Part shown: positions 26,110-34,763 of the stretch, in pieces
How the letters are laid out: each line of letters opens with the position of its first letter
Numbering within the stretch: position 1 is the stretch's first letter
Source: a candidate division TA06 bacterium
Lineage (GTDB): Bacteria > Hydrothermota > DG-26 > E44-bin18
DNA: 64,000 nt
Assembly: GCA_004376575.1 (NCBI GenBank)
Contig: SOJN01000148.1
Location: 2-64,001 of the forward strand
Reading direction: 5' to 3'
Made by a program: the position numbers and the translations under genes
Notes under the pieces: generated by a model
What the model saw: the letters and a program-made list of their open reading frames with translations, nothing else
What the model was told of the DNA's origin: nothing
Database searches by the model: none

Positions 26110-28605
26110 TTGAAACTGGTCATAGACGGTCAGACCGTAGAGGCTAGACCGGAAAGCACAATTCTTGAAGCAGCTCTAGAGACACAGATATATATCCCTG
26201 CCATCTGTTACCATCCGGATTTGCCGACATTCTCAAAGGCTGAACCCTCGGGGGGGATATTTGGGGGAGTTGAGAAAATCACTTCAGAAGAAAATGCAAA
26301 ATACCAAGGGTGCGGTCTTTGCATTGTTGAGGTGGATTGGAGAAGTGGTCCAGTCCTTTCATGTGAAACAGAAGCAGAAGACGGTATGGTCATCAAAACA
26401 AATACAGAGAAGATCAAGGACAAGAGACAGGAAGCTCTGGCCAGGATACTCAAAGACCACCCAAGAGCCTGTCTCCTCTGCACTCAAAAAGAAGGTTGTT
26501 CCAGGGAACCCTGTTCAGAGGACGTCCCTATGGAAGAGAGGTGCTGTCCATTACTGGGCAAGTGTGAGCTCGAGAAGATCGCAGACTTCGTCGGAGTCCC
26601 CCAGAACCCGGGCAAGTATAAGTCTCTGAGAATCCCGTTGCTGGACGACGAGCCGTTGTTCAAGCGAGATTACAACCTCTGCATTGGCTGCATGAGGTGT
26701 GTCCGCGCATGCAAGGACCTGAGAGGCGTTGAAGCGCTTGGATATGTAATCAAAAACGGCACCACATACCTGGGCACCATCAATGGATCGAAGCTCAAGG
26801 ACGCCGGGTGCAGGTTCTGCGGAGCCTGCGTTGAAGTGTGTCCCACAGGTGCACTGACCGACATCAAGCCTTTCACCCTTTCCGAGAAAGAGAAAGTTCT
26901 TGTCCCCTGCAGGGACGCTTGTCCGGCAGGAATAGACGTACCGGCGTATGTCCGGGCAATAGGCAGAGGCGAAACGGACAGAGCCCTCTCGATTATTTAC
27001 GAAAGCGCTCCTCTTCCAGGAATTCTGGGCATGGTTTGCCACCATCCATGCGAAGATGTCTGCAGGAGGAAAGAGATAGAAGAACCCATCTCCATATGCG
27101 GCATCAAACGATTTGCTGCAGAAAATGGAAAGCTGACGCACGCCTCTCCCCTGCTTCCCTCTACCGGCAAAAAGGTCGCGGTGATAGGTTCTGGTCCAGC
27201 AGGGCTCAGTACTGCCCATTTCCTGAAGCTGAAAGGCCATCAAGTTACTGTTTTCGAAAGAGAAGAGAAACCAGGAGGAATCCTAAGATACGGCATTCCC
27301 GCGTACAGGCTGCCTGATGCAGTCCTGGACAGCGAGATATCAACTGTGCTGGACGGAATTGAATTGAAGACTGAAGCTGCTCTTGGTCAAGATTTCCAGC
27401 TGAAGGACCTGGCAGACGAGGGATTTGACTGCGTGTTTCTCTGCACCGGAGCCGGAGAGAGTAAGAAACTTGAGATACCGGGCTCAGACAGTGAAGGTGT
27501 ATATTGGGGCCTTGACTTCTTGAAGGAGATTAACAAGGGTGACAAACCAGCTCTCGGCGAGAACGTCGCGGTCATAGGCGGAGGAAATGTCGCCTTTGAC
27601 GTTGCGCTGTGCTGCCTCAGGCTGGGAGTTCGACAGGTGACCGTCGTCTGCCTGGAGTGTAAATCTGAGATGCCCGCTTTCAATAAAGAGATAGATACTG
27701 CCAAAGAGGAAGCGGTCAGAATAATGAACTCCTGGGGACCAAAAGAGATAGAGTGCGCGGATGGCAAAGTCAAAGGAGTCTTCCTGAAGAAATGCACAGA
27801 GGTGTTCGACAAGAAAGGGAACTTCTCTCCTCAATACGACGAATCAGTCGTGGAACACATCGATGCTGACAATGTGATTCTTTCCATAGGCCAGGAGCCA
27901 GATGTGGATCTCATCTCTCTCCCTGGCATGCCAGAACACGATTCTTCAAGACTCCTTAGAGCAGAAGATACGAGAACAAACATCCCTACAGTGTTCGCTG
28001 GCGGGGATGCCACAAGAGGTCCTTCATCGGTAATTGAGGCTGTTGCAGACGGTAGGAAGGCCGCCGACGAAATCGACAGATTCCTGGGAGGCAGGGGCCC
28101 CGTTCGTACTTCCGGGCCTCAGCCCGCGAACCCTGAGATTGGTCGGGACGAACAGTTCTGTGAGCGTCTCAGAGTGGCAATGCCATGCGCTGATCCGTAC
28201 GAGAGAGGAAAATCGTTCACCCCCATAGAACTTGGATATGGTGAGAAAGAGGCAGGCATCGAAGCAAACCGTTGCCTTCAATGCGACCTGAGACTACAGA
28301 TTACTGAAGCTACTCTTCCTCCTGAGAAGTGGATACTTCTTGATCGTGAAGCTTTGAATGAAATCCCTGAAAAGGAAGGCGTGTACCAGCTGGCAGGCGA
28401 GAAGAAGATGGTGACAAAGATAGCCGGAACTCAGAATCTTCTACAATCACTCACGGCCGAACTGGACAGTGAAAATGGGAAGTACTTCTGGTTTGAGGAG
28501 GACCCGATGTACACGAAACGCGAAAGTGAGCTCATACAACAACATCTCCAGAAGTACGGTGAACTGCCAGGAGCAGGTGAAGAAGACCTGGATGACCTCT
28601 TCTAG
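26110..28605 (+). CDS. Multi-cluster iron-sulfur flavoprotein: NuoG-type 2Fe-2S/His-Cys3 4Fe-4S N-terminus + 2x[4Fe-4S] ferredoxin domain + GltD/SudA-type NAD(P)H:FAD oxidoreductase + C-terminal extension; candidate NAD(P)H:ferredoxin oxidoreductase for BCR
   Basis: 831 aa. HPRACLLCTQKEGC (H-x3-C-x2-C-x5-C). CIGCMRCVRAC and CRFCGACVEVCP. GltD-like C-x3-CP...VCHHPCEDVCRR. Dinucleotide folds KKVAVIGSGPAGL and VAVIGGGNVAFD. C-terminal ~170 aa includes an extra CLQC pair. Confidence 0.7.
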   Translation: MKLVIDGQTVEARPESTILEAALETQIYIPAICYHPDLPTFSKAEPSGGIFGGVEKITSEENAKYQGCGLCIVEVDWRSGPVLSCETEAEDGMVIKTNTEKIKDKRQEALARILKDHPRACLLCTQKEGCSREPCSEDVPMEERCCPLLGKCELEKIADFVGVPQNPGKYKSLRIPLLDDEPLFKRDYNLCIGCMRCVRACKDLRGVEALGYVIKNGTTYLGTINGSKLKDAGCRFCGACVEVCPTGALTDIKPFTLSEKEKVLVPCRDACPAGIDVPAYVRAIGRGETDRALSIIYESAPLPGILGMVCHHPCEDVCRRKEIEEPISICGIKRFAAENGKLTHASPLLPSTGKKVAVIGSGPAGLSTAHFLKLKGHQVTVFEREEKPGGILRYGIPAYRLPDAVLDSEISTVLDGIELKTEAALGQDFQLKDLADEGFDCVFLCTGAGESKKLEIPGSDSEGVYWGLDFLKEINKGDKPALGENVAVIGGGNVAFDVALCCLRLGVRQVTVVCLECKSEMPAFNKEIDTAKEEAVRIMNSWGPKEIECADGKVKGVFLKKCTEVFDKKGNFSPQYDESVVEHIDADNVILSIGQEPDVDLISLPGMPEHDSSRLLRAEDTRTNIPTVFAGGDATRGPSSVIEAVADGRKAADEIDRFLGGRGPVRTSGPQPANPEIGRDEQFCERLRVAMPCADPYERGKSFTPIELGYGEKEAGIEANRCLQCDLRLQITEATLPPEKWILLDREALNEIPEKEGVYQLAGEKKMVTKIAGTQNLLQSLTAELDSENGKYFWFEEDPMYTKRESELIQQHLQKYGELPGAGEEDLDDLF

Positions 28606-28615
28606 GTGAACCGTT

Positions 28616-29770
28616 ATGCATCGTATTGAGAAACTGCAAAAGACCCTGGCCGACCACAGTCTAGTTGCGGCGTTTCTTCTTTACCACCGTGACGTTTACT
28701 ACTATGCAGGTACTGCAAGACCAGCGTCTCTTGTTGTGACTCCGGATGATGCAGTCTTGTTCGTCAGAAGGGGAGTTGATTGGCTCGGCGACGAACCGAA
28801 ACTGAGTGATGTCCGTGAGGGAGGCTTAGGTTCAATCCTTGATTGGCTGAAGGCCAAAGGTATACAGACGGGTAACGCAGGAATCGAGATGGATATCGTA
28901 CCTGCAGACATGTACGTGAAGCTGAAGATGCTCCTCCCCGGTTTGGAGTTTGTGGATGTTTCCACGTTCATAATCGAGCAAAGGCTCATTAAAGACAAGG
29001 ATGAGATAAAATCAATAAGGGGAGCATGCCGAATGGTCGAACAATCACACAAACACCTTCCCGATATCCTGAAAGAAGGGATTACTGAGCTTGAACTCTC
29101 AGCAGAGCTCGAATCGGTAGCTCGCAGGCACGGCCACGAAACCTTCGCAGTACTCAGGAAGAGGTTGGAGACGGAGATGGGCTACGCACTCATTCTCTCT
29201 GGTGAAAGCACCAGAGCGATCGGTGGTTATGGACAGGTCGTAACAGGAAAAGGGTTGAGTCCTGCTTTTCCGTATGGCCCTTCGCTTAGAAAGGTGAAAC
29301 GAGGGGATGTGGTCGTGTTTGACATCGCAGGCCTGAGCCAGGGATACCACTCAGATCTGGCAAGAACCTACTGTCTGGGGAAAGCGTCTGATGAGATGCT
29401 GGAAGCCCATGCAGCACTTGTTGCCATCCAGTCGGCAATGCTGGACGCTGCAAAGCCCGGGGTACCGGCAAATCAGATATACAAAACTGCAATCAAGAAA
29501 GCAGAAGCAATGGGTTGGGCCGATTACTTTCAGGGACACGGTAAAGAGAAAGGGACTTTTGTCGGGCATGGACTGGGTCTTGAGATAGACGAGCCGCCGC
29601 TTCTGAGCCCCAAAGATGGAACTGTGATCGAAGAAAACATGACATTCACCACAGAGCTGTTCATCGTGCATCCTGAGTTTGGCGAGGTTAAGCTGGAGGA
29701 CACTCTGCTCATGACGAAAGACGGGCCGGAACTTTTGACGACATTGGAACGGACAATAACTGAAATATGA
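28616..29770 (+). CDS. M24-family metallopeptidase (Xaa-Pro aminopeptidase/creatinase-like)
   Basis: 384 aa. Pita-bread fold motifs HGLGLEIDEPP, ...NMTFTTE.... Start is 11 nt after the upstream stop, so it is likely co-transcribed with the bzd operon. Confidence 0.8.
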   Translation: MHRIEKLQKTLADHSLVAAFLLYHRDVYYYAGTARPASLVVTPDDAVLFVRRGVDWLGDEPKLSDVREGGLGSILDWLKAKGIQTGNAGIEMDIVPADMYVKLKMLLPGLEFVDVSTFIIEQRLIKDKDEIKSIRGACRMVEQSHKHLPDILKEGITELELSAELESVARRHGHETFAVLRKRLETEMGYALILSGESTRAIGGYGQVVTGKGLSPAFPYGPSLRKVKRGDVVVFDIAGLSQGYHSDLARTYCLGKASDEMLEAHAALVAIQSAMLDAAKPGVPANQIYKTAIKKAEAMGWADYFQGHGKEKGTFVGHGLGLEIDEPPLLSPKDGTVIEENMTFTTELFIVHPEFGEVKLEDTLLMTKDGPELLTTLERTITEI

Positions 29771-29848
29771 ACTACAAACTGCAAACTGCGAAAGAAATAA
29801 CCGAAGTACAAAGCGAAAAAGACCCGTGGTGTCGTTGGAGACCACGAT

Positions 29849-30219
29849 GTATTTTTCGTCCTGAGCGGGAGCGAAGGATCCCCTGAGCCCGAGATTGCTT
29901 CGCTATCGCTCGCAATGACAGTACCTCTATTCCGTGTAGCCCAGGAAGTTCAGAGTTTGGAAGCTGACGACTGACAACTGATAGCTTCTGCTGTGTCGTA
30001 CAGCCTACAGCGAGCCAAATAGGTCCAGCTGAAAAAGACCCACACTGTCGATAGACAGGGTAAGGTATTTTTCATCCTGAGGGAACGCCGAAGGACCTCC
30101 TGAATGCTTCTATGTCACTGGATGAGACATATTTGGTCCTTCATCGGCGTGAGCCGATGGAGGAGAAGCCATGCCTGCCGCGTTTCTCGTGAAGCGAGAT
30201 ACACGGGGCCTGCCCCGCC
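29849..30219. repeat. Repeat-dense intergenic spacer: two GTATTTTTC(G/A)TCCTGAG...GAAGGA elements (29849-29925, 30065-30110), a GATTGCTTCGCTATCGCTCGCAATGAC hairpin, GTACAGCCT(A/G)CA...AATAGG motifs, and an inverted family-A2 copy (30170-30219)
   Basis: Direct sequence comparison. 30170-30219 is the reverse complement of the A2 elements at 20412-20450 and 21611-21650. 29891-29921 matches 14631-14655. Confidence 0.65.
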
Positions 30220-30465
30220 TCAAGACATGAACGAGGCAGGTTGCGATGGGTGTCTTGACCCCCTCACTGTGAAGACAATATACACGCGGAAGCTTTCTTA
30301 GCCCCATCCCACCCACACCCAGCCGCAGTAGCCTTCAGTTGTCAGCTCTCAGCCAAGCACACAAGTACGGAGTACAGCTGATAGCGTATTGCGTACAGCC
30401 TGCAAAATAGGATTGACTTTGATGCAAATTCACCTAGAATATGGACTTAAAGTTTTGGAGAAGCG

Positions 30466-31995
30466 ATGAGAAAACTGCCAGAAAACGAATATGTAGCCTT
30501 GACGACTCTCAGCCGACTGGAAAGGCCAGCACCTTTTGACAGCCTGGTTGCTCAGTCTGGTATGGACCAATCCAAACTAATGGCCGCTGCCATATCCCTC
30601 AAGGAGCAGGACCTTATAGTAATCCAGGAGGAGGCAGGAACTCTCATTTCCCTTGCTGACAATGGGAAGATATATGCTGAGCAACTCTTCCCGGAGAGGA
30701 GAGCCCTGAAAGCCATCCAGGATGCCGGAGGAAAGGTGAAGATCTCTACTCTCGCCCAACTCATAGATATACCGGATCTCGATTCCAGAAGAATCGTAAA
30801 GTGGCTTTCCCAGAAGGGCTGGTGTGCAAAAGAAGAGGACAACCTCGTAGTAACGGACAAGGGAAAGCAAGCAGCCAAAAAAAAGGGCCAGGACGAAATG
30901 CTTGTTGATGTGCTTTCCCAGAAAGGCACTGCTGACATCAAGTCCTTGAAGGAGAATGGCATTGATGTTGAGGCCGCCCAGCGACTTCTCAAAGGAAGAA
31001 CCCGAATCGTTAAGGTAAGATCGAAGAAGCTGAGACTTGTGAACCTCACAGAGAAAGGCAAGAAACTAGTATCGGAAGGGATCGAACCGGAAAAGCAAGC
31101 TACCACACTTACCTATGAGATGCTGGCAACAGGCAAGTGGCGCGAAGTCAGTTTGAAAAGCTATGACGTGAGTCTCCCAGGTGCTGTCACCTACCCTGGC
31201 AAAAGCCATCCTTTGAGAAGAATCATAGACGAGGCCCGCCAGGTCTTCCTGGAGATGGGTTTCACCGAGATAGTCTCGCCTTACGTGGACTCTTCCTTCT
31301 GGGTATTTGACGCACTCTTCCAACCCCAGGATCACCCCGCAAGGGAGATGCAGGACACGTTTTACATGTCCGCTCCCAGGCGATCGAAGCTTCCTCCGAA
31401 GAAGTTTGTCGAACCGGTTAAAGCCACTCACCAGAACGGCGGAAAAACTGGGAGCACAGGCTGGGGGTACAAGTGGGACATAGAAAAAGCAAGGAGAAAC
31501 GTACTCAGGACACACACCACAGCAACGACCATCAGATACCTGGCAGCACATCCTGAGCCGCCCCAGAAGGTTTTCAACATCGGCAGGAATTTCAGAAGAG
31601 AGAAGATCACTTTCAAGCATCTCATAGAGTTCTACCAGGTGGATGGAATAGTGATCGACGAAAAGGCGAGTCTGTCCACTTTGCTTGGGACCCTGGCTGA
31701 ATTCTATAAGAAAATCGGATTCCCAAAAGTCGTGTTCAGGCCGTCGTTCTTCCCTTACACAGAACCGAGCGTTGAGGCCTTTGCCTGGCTTGAAGCCAAA
31801 GATGCCTGGATCGAACTTGGAGGAGCTGGCATCTTCAGAGCCGAGGTTACCCGACCTCTTAACTGCCACGTCCCCGTTCTGGCCTGGGGTCTGAGTATTG
31901 AAAGAATCGCCATGATGAGATTTGGCCTGAGTGACATAAGGAAATTGTACTGGTCCGACATAGACTGGTTGAGGGAGGCGGAGCTATGCCGGTAA
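30466..31995 (+). CDS. pheS: Phenylalanine--tRNA ligase alpha subunit, archaeal/eukaryal type
   Basis: 509 aa (bacterial PheS is ~340). Signature HPL...MGFTEI...FWVFDALFQPQDHPARE...DTFY of archaeal/eukaryotic cytosolic PheRS-alpha. Class II motifs FRREKITF and GAGIFRAEV. Confidence 0.85.
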   Translation: MRKLPENEYVALTTLSRLERPAPFDSLVAQSGMDQSKLMAAAISLKEQDLIVIQEEAGTLISLADNGKIYAEQLFPERRALKAIQDAGGKVKISTLAQLIDIPDLDSRRIVKWLSQKGWCAKEEDNLVVTDKGKQAAKKKGQDEMLVDVLSQKGTADIKSLKENGIDVEAAQRLLKGRTRIVKVRSKKLRLVNLTEKGKKLVSEGIEPEKQATTLTYEMLATGKWREVSLKSYDVSLPGAVTYPGKSHPLRRIIDEARQVFLEMGFTEIVSPYVDSSFWVFDALFQPQDHPAREMQDTFYMSAPRRSKLPPKKFVEPVKATHQNGGKTGSTGWGYKWDIEKARRNVLRTHTTATTIRYLAAHPEPPQKVFNIGRNFRREKITFKHLIEFYQVDGIVIDEKASLSTLLGTLAEFYKKIGFPKVVFRPSFFPYTEPSVEAFAWLEAKDAWIELGGAGIFRAEVTRPLNCHVPVLAWGLSIERIAMMRFGLSDIRKLYWSDIDWLREAELCR

Positions 31996-33776
31996 TGGGA
32001 ATTCCGCTTGACGCCCTCTACAGGCTCGTTAAGAAAAAGATCGAGAAGAAAGAGCTGTTCGCTCTCCTCACCAGTCTGGGCTGTGATGTGGAGGGCTACT
32101 TCGAGGTCGAGCGATTCAAATGTACAAGATGCGGTGAGATAGTCGAACTCACATCCCAGGAAGACTCGCTAGGTGAATGCTCTTCCTGCGGTGTGGAGTT
32201 TGAGCCGGGGAAAACCATGCTCAGCATAGGTATGAGCGAAGTTGTCAGAATGGAGCTTCTACCAGCGAGGCCTGACATGTTCGACGTGGGCGGCCTGGCC
32301 AGAGCCATACGGGGATACCTGGGTCTTGAGGTTGGCATGCCGCGTTATCCGCTGCAGCCGTCGAACATGCTTGTCAAGGTGGCCAAATCAGTGAAGGGCG
32401 TAAGGCCCTGCATCGCCTGTGCTGTCGCCAGGGGAATGAAGCTCGACTACGAAACGATAAAGGCAGTTATGAAGATGCAGGAGAATCTCCACTGGGCCCT
32501 TGGCAGAGATAGAAGAAAAGCATCAATCGGAGTCTATGATCTCTCATCCCTGAGACCCAATTTTGTATACACAGCCTATGGCAAGAAAGAGATGAAGTTT
32601 GTGCCACTCGGGGGAATGCCCGGAGGCAGCACCGAGCCGACAACTCTGGAGAATATTCTTGAGCGCCATCCTAAGGGGATGGCATACAAACATCTCCTGG
32701 AAGACTATCAAGTCTACCCCATTCTCATTGACTCGGCAGACCAGGTTCTGTCCATGCCGCCCATTATCAACAGCGAGGAGACTAGAGCGGGAATTGAAAC
32801 AGAAGACCTGTTCGTAGATGTGACCGGTCACGACAGGACAAGCGTGGAAAGGACCCTCAATGTTTTTGTGTGTTCGCTCGCGGAATTGGGCGCCAGGATT
32901 GAAACCGTCAGAATCGCCGATACTACCGAAGAGCTGCGCACCCCCAATCTTGAATCAAGAGAGTCTATCCTGGTTTCCGAGCACGCCTCCTCTTTGATAG
33001 GAATCGATATTCCTCCTGACGATTGTGTCAGGCTTCTGAAGAAGATGCGATTTGATGCTTTCACGTCAGAAGAAAAGATACATGTGAGCATACCTCCCTT
33101 CAGGACTGACATCATGCACGAGTACGATCTGATAGAAGATATTGCTATTGCCTATGGCTATCACAACATAAAGCCTGCTCTCATTCCAACCATGACAATC
33201 GGCGCACAAAGGCCCCTGGAGAGAACTTCCGCACGGCTCAGAAACTGCATGCTGGGCCTCGGATTCTTGGAAGTGGTCACGACTCTGCTTTCTAATCCCC
33301 AGAAGAACTACGGTCTTTTGCAGAGAGAAGATGACAACAGGGCACCGAAGATAGAGAACCCCTCAACAGTTGAACATACAATTCTGAGGACCCACCTCAT
33401 CTCAGGTCTTCTGGAGATGTTCAAGATCAACAGAACCCGCAAGATGCCTCAGAAGACGTTCGAGCTTGGTGATGTTTCTCTCATAGAAGAAAAAGGAGAG
33501 ACCGGAACGGTTGATAAGAGAATTCTCGCCGGTGCAATCATGGATCCAAAGACTGGATTTTCAGAGATAAAATCGTGTGTCGCGGCTGTTATGAGAGAAA
33601 CAGGCAGAGATTTTGACCTGCGCCCTGAAAATGATCCTTCCTTTATCAAGGCCAGGTGTGCGGGAATATACCTGAAAGATTCGAAGATAGGAATATTGGG
33701 GGAGATTCACCCACAGGTTCTTGAGAACTTCGAAATAGTACAACCTGTCTCCCTTTTCCACATGGCAGCTGAGTAG
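31986..33776 (+). CDS. pheT: Phenylalanine--tRNA ligase beta subunit, archaeal/eukaryal type (with a Cys4 zinc-ribbon insert)
   Basis: 596 aa (bacterial PheT is ~800). Overlaps the pheS stop. B3/B4-like and B5 regions. CTRCGEIVEL...CSSCG zinc ribbon near the N-terminus. Confidence 0.8.
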   Translation: MPVMGIPLDALYRLVKKKIEKKELFALLTSLGCDVEGYFEVERFKCTRCGEIVELTSQEDSLGECSSCGVEFEPGKTMLSIGMSEVVRMELLPARPDMFDVGGLARAIRGYLGLEVGMPRYPLQPSNMLVKVAKSVKGVRPCIACAVARGMKLDYETIKAVMKMQENLHWALGRDRRKASIGVYDLSSLRPNFVYTAYGKKEMKFVPLGGMPGGSTEPTTLENILERHPKGMAYKHLLEDYQVYPILIDSADQVLSMPPIINSEETRAGIETEDLFVDVTGHDRTSVERTLNVFVCSLAELGARIETVRIADTTEELRTPNLESRESILVSEHASSLIGIDIPPDDCVRLLKKMRFDAFTSEEKIHVSIPPFRTDIMHEYDLIEDIAIAYGYHNIKPALIPTMTIGAQRPLERTSARLRNCMLGLGFLEVVTTLLSNPQKNYGLLQREDDNRAPKIENPSTVEHTILRTHLISGLLEMFKINRTRKMPQKTFELGDVSLIEEKGETGTVDKRILAGAIMDPKTGFSEIKSCVAAVMRETGRDFDLRPENDPSFIKARCAGIYLKDSKIGILGEIHPQVLENFEIVQPVSLFHMAAE

Positions 33777-33788
33777 GATTCCACACCC

Positions 33789-34763
33789 TCATTCCCAATC
33801 CATCTCCTCGTGACCCCCCATCAGTCTGATCAGTTTTTCATCGAATTCAACAGCAGGGTTATATCCCCATACCTTCAGGAGTTGGGTCCTGGCAACGACT
33901 TCACACAGTATGGCCACATTCTTACCTGGGATAAGGGGTATGTGTACATAAGGAATTTCTACGCCCATTATTTCTCTGGTCTCTTCCTCTATCCCCAGCC
34001 GGACTTCAGACGTTGCCCGCGTCCACTTGACAAGTTCAACCTCAACCTCTATCCTCTTCTGGAGCCTTATAGCCGTTATTCCATATATGGCGTAGACATC
34101 CACGAGCCCCACTCCCTTGATTTCCATATGGTGGCTCAGGCCTGCCTCAGGGGGATTGCAGGAAGAGCCAATCAGAATGTTGTTGCTCTGCTTTACGATC
34201 CTCACTGTGTCGTCTGCAACGAGCCTGTGTCCGCGTTCAACCAGAGCCAGGGCCGCCTCGCTTTTGCCTATGCCGGGCGCTCCTGTCAGCAAAAGCCCCA
34301 TGCCGAAAACATCAACAAGGGTAGCATGGACAGTTTTTTCTGCAGCGAGCGCAAAGTTCAAGTATTCTGTTAACACTAGAATGAAAGCTCCTGTTTCCAT
34401 TGATGTTACCAGTATGGGGACCCCTCTGGCATTGGACATTCTCCGAAGAAGAGCGGGTACTGGCTGAGAGTTCGTCACCACCATACAGGGGATGTTTCCC
34501 CAGGATAGCTTGCTAAGGGCACTCTCCATTTCCTTCTTTCCCAGGTGATTCAGGTAGGAGATTTCGTTCTTGCCCAGAACCTGAATCCTATCATTGGGGA
34601 AGAATTTCAAATAGCCGGCCAGCGCCAGTCCCGGCCTGTGTATGTCAGGCGACCTCACCTCCCTGTCAACACCTGTCTTCCCGGATACCAGTTTCAGCCT
34701 GAACTCATTCTCCCTGTCCGAAAGAATCCAGGCTATCTTTGTGCTCTTCACCTTTGTCATCAT
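33789..34763 (-). CDS. hprK: HPr kinase/phosphorylase
   Basis: Walker A GAPGIGKSEAALALVERGHRLVADD. N-terminus aligns with B. subtilis HprK from MTKVKS. The ORF-track N-terminal extension was discarded. Confidence 0.85.
   Translation of the reverse strand: MMTKVKSTKIAWILSDRENEFRLKLVSGKTGVDREVRSPDIHRPGLALAGYLKFFPNDRIQVLGKNEISYLNHLGKKEMESALSKLSWGNIPCMVVTNSQPVPALLRRMSNARGVPILVTSMETGAFILVLTEYLNFALAAEKTVHATLVDVFGMGLLLTGAPGIGKSEAALALVERGHRLVADDTVRIVKQSNNILIGSSCNPPEAGLSHHMEIKGVGLVDVYAIYGITAIRLQKRIEVEVELVKWTRATSEVRLGIEEETREIMGVEIPYVHIPLIPGKNVAILCEVVARTQLLKVWGYNPAVEFDEKLIRLMGGHEEMDWE

Noticed and set aside
28090-28605. GIY-YIG nuclease-like motif (GVYQL...KIAGTQNL) in the C-terminal tail of the 831-aa flavoprotein
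   Set aside because: The match is short and lacks the conserved Tyr of YIG and the downstream catalytic Arg/Glu pattern. It is mentioned only as a curiosity within the finding on that protein.
29770-30465. Possible CRISPR array in the repeat-dense spacer
   Set aside because: The repeats are heterogeneous in sequence, length and orientation. There are no regularly spaced identical direct repeats with unique spacers, and no cas genes nearby.
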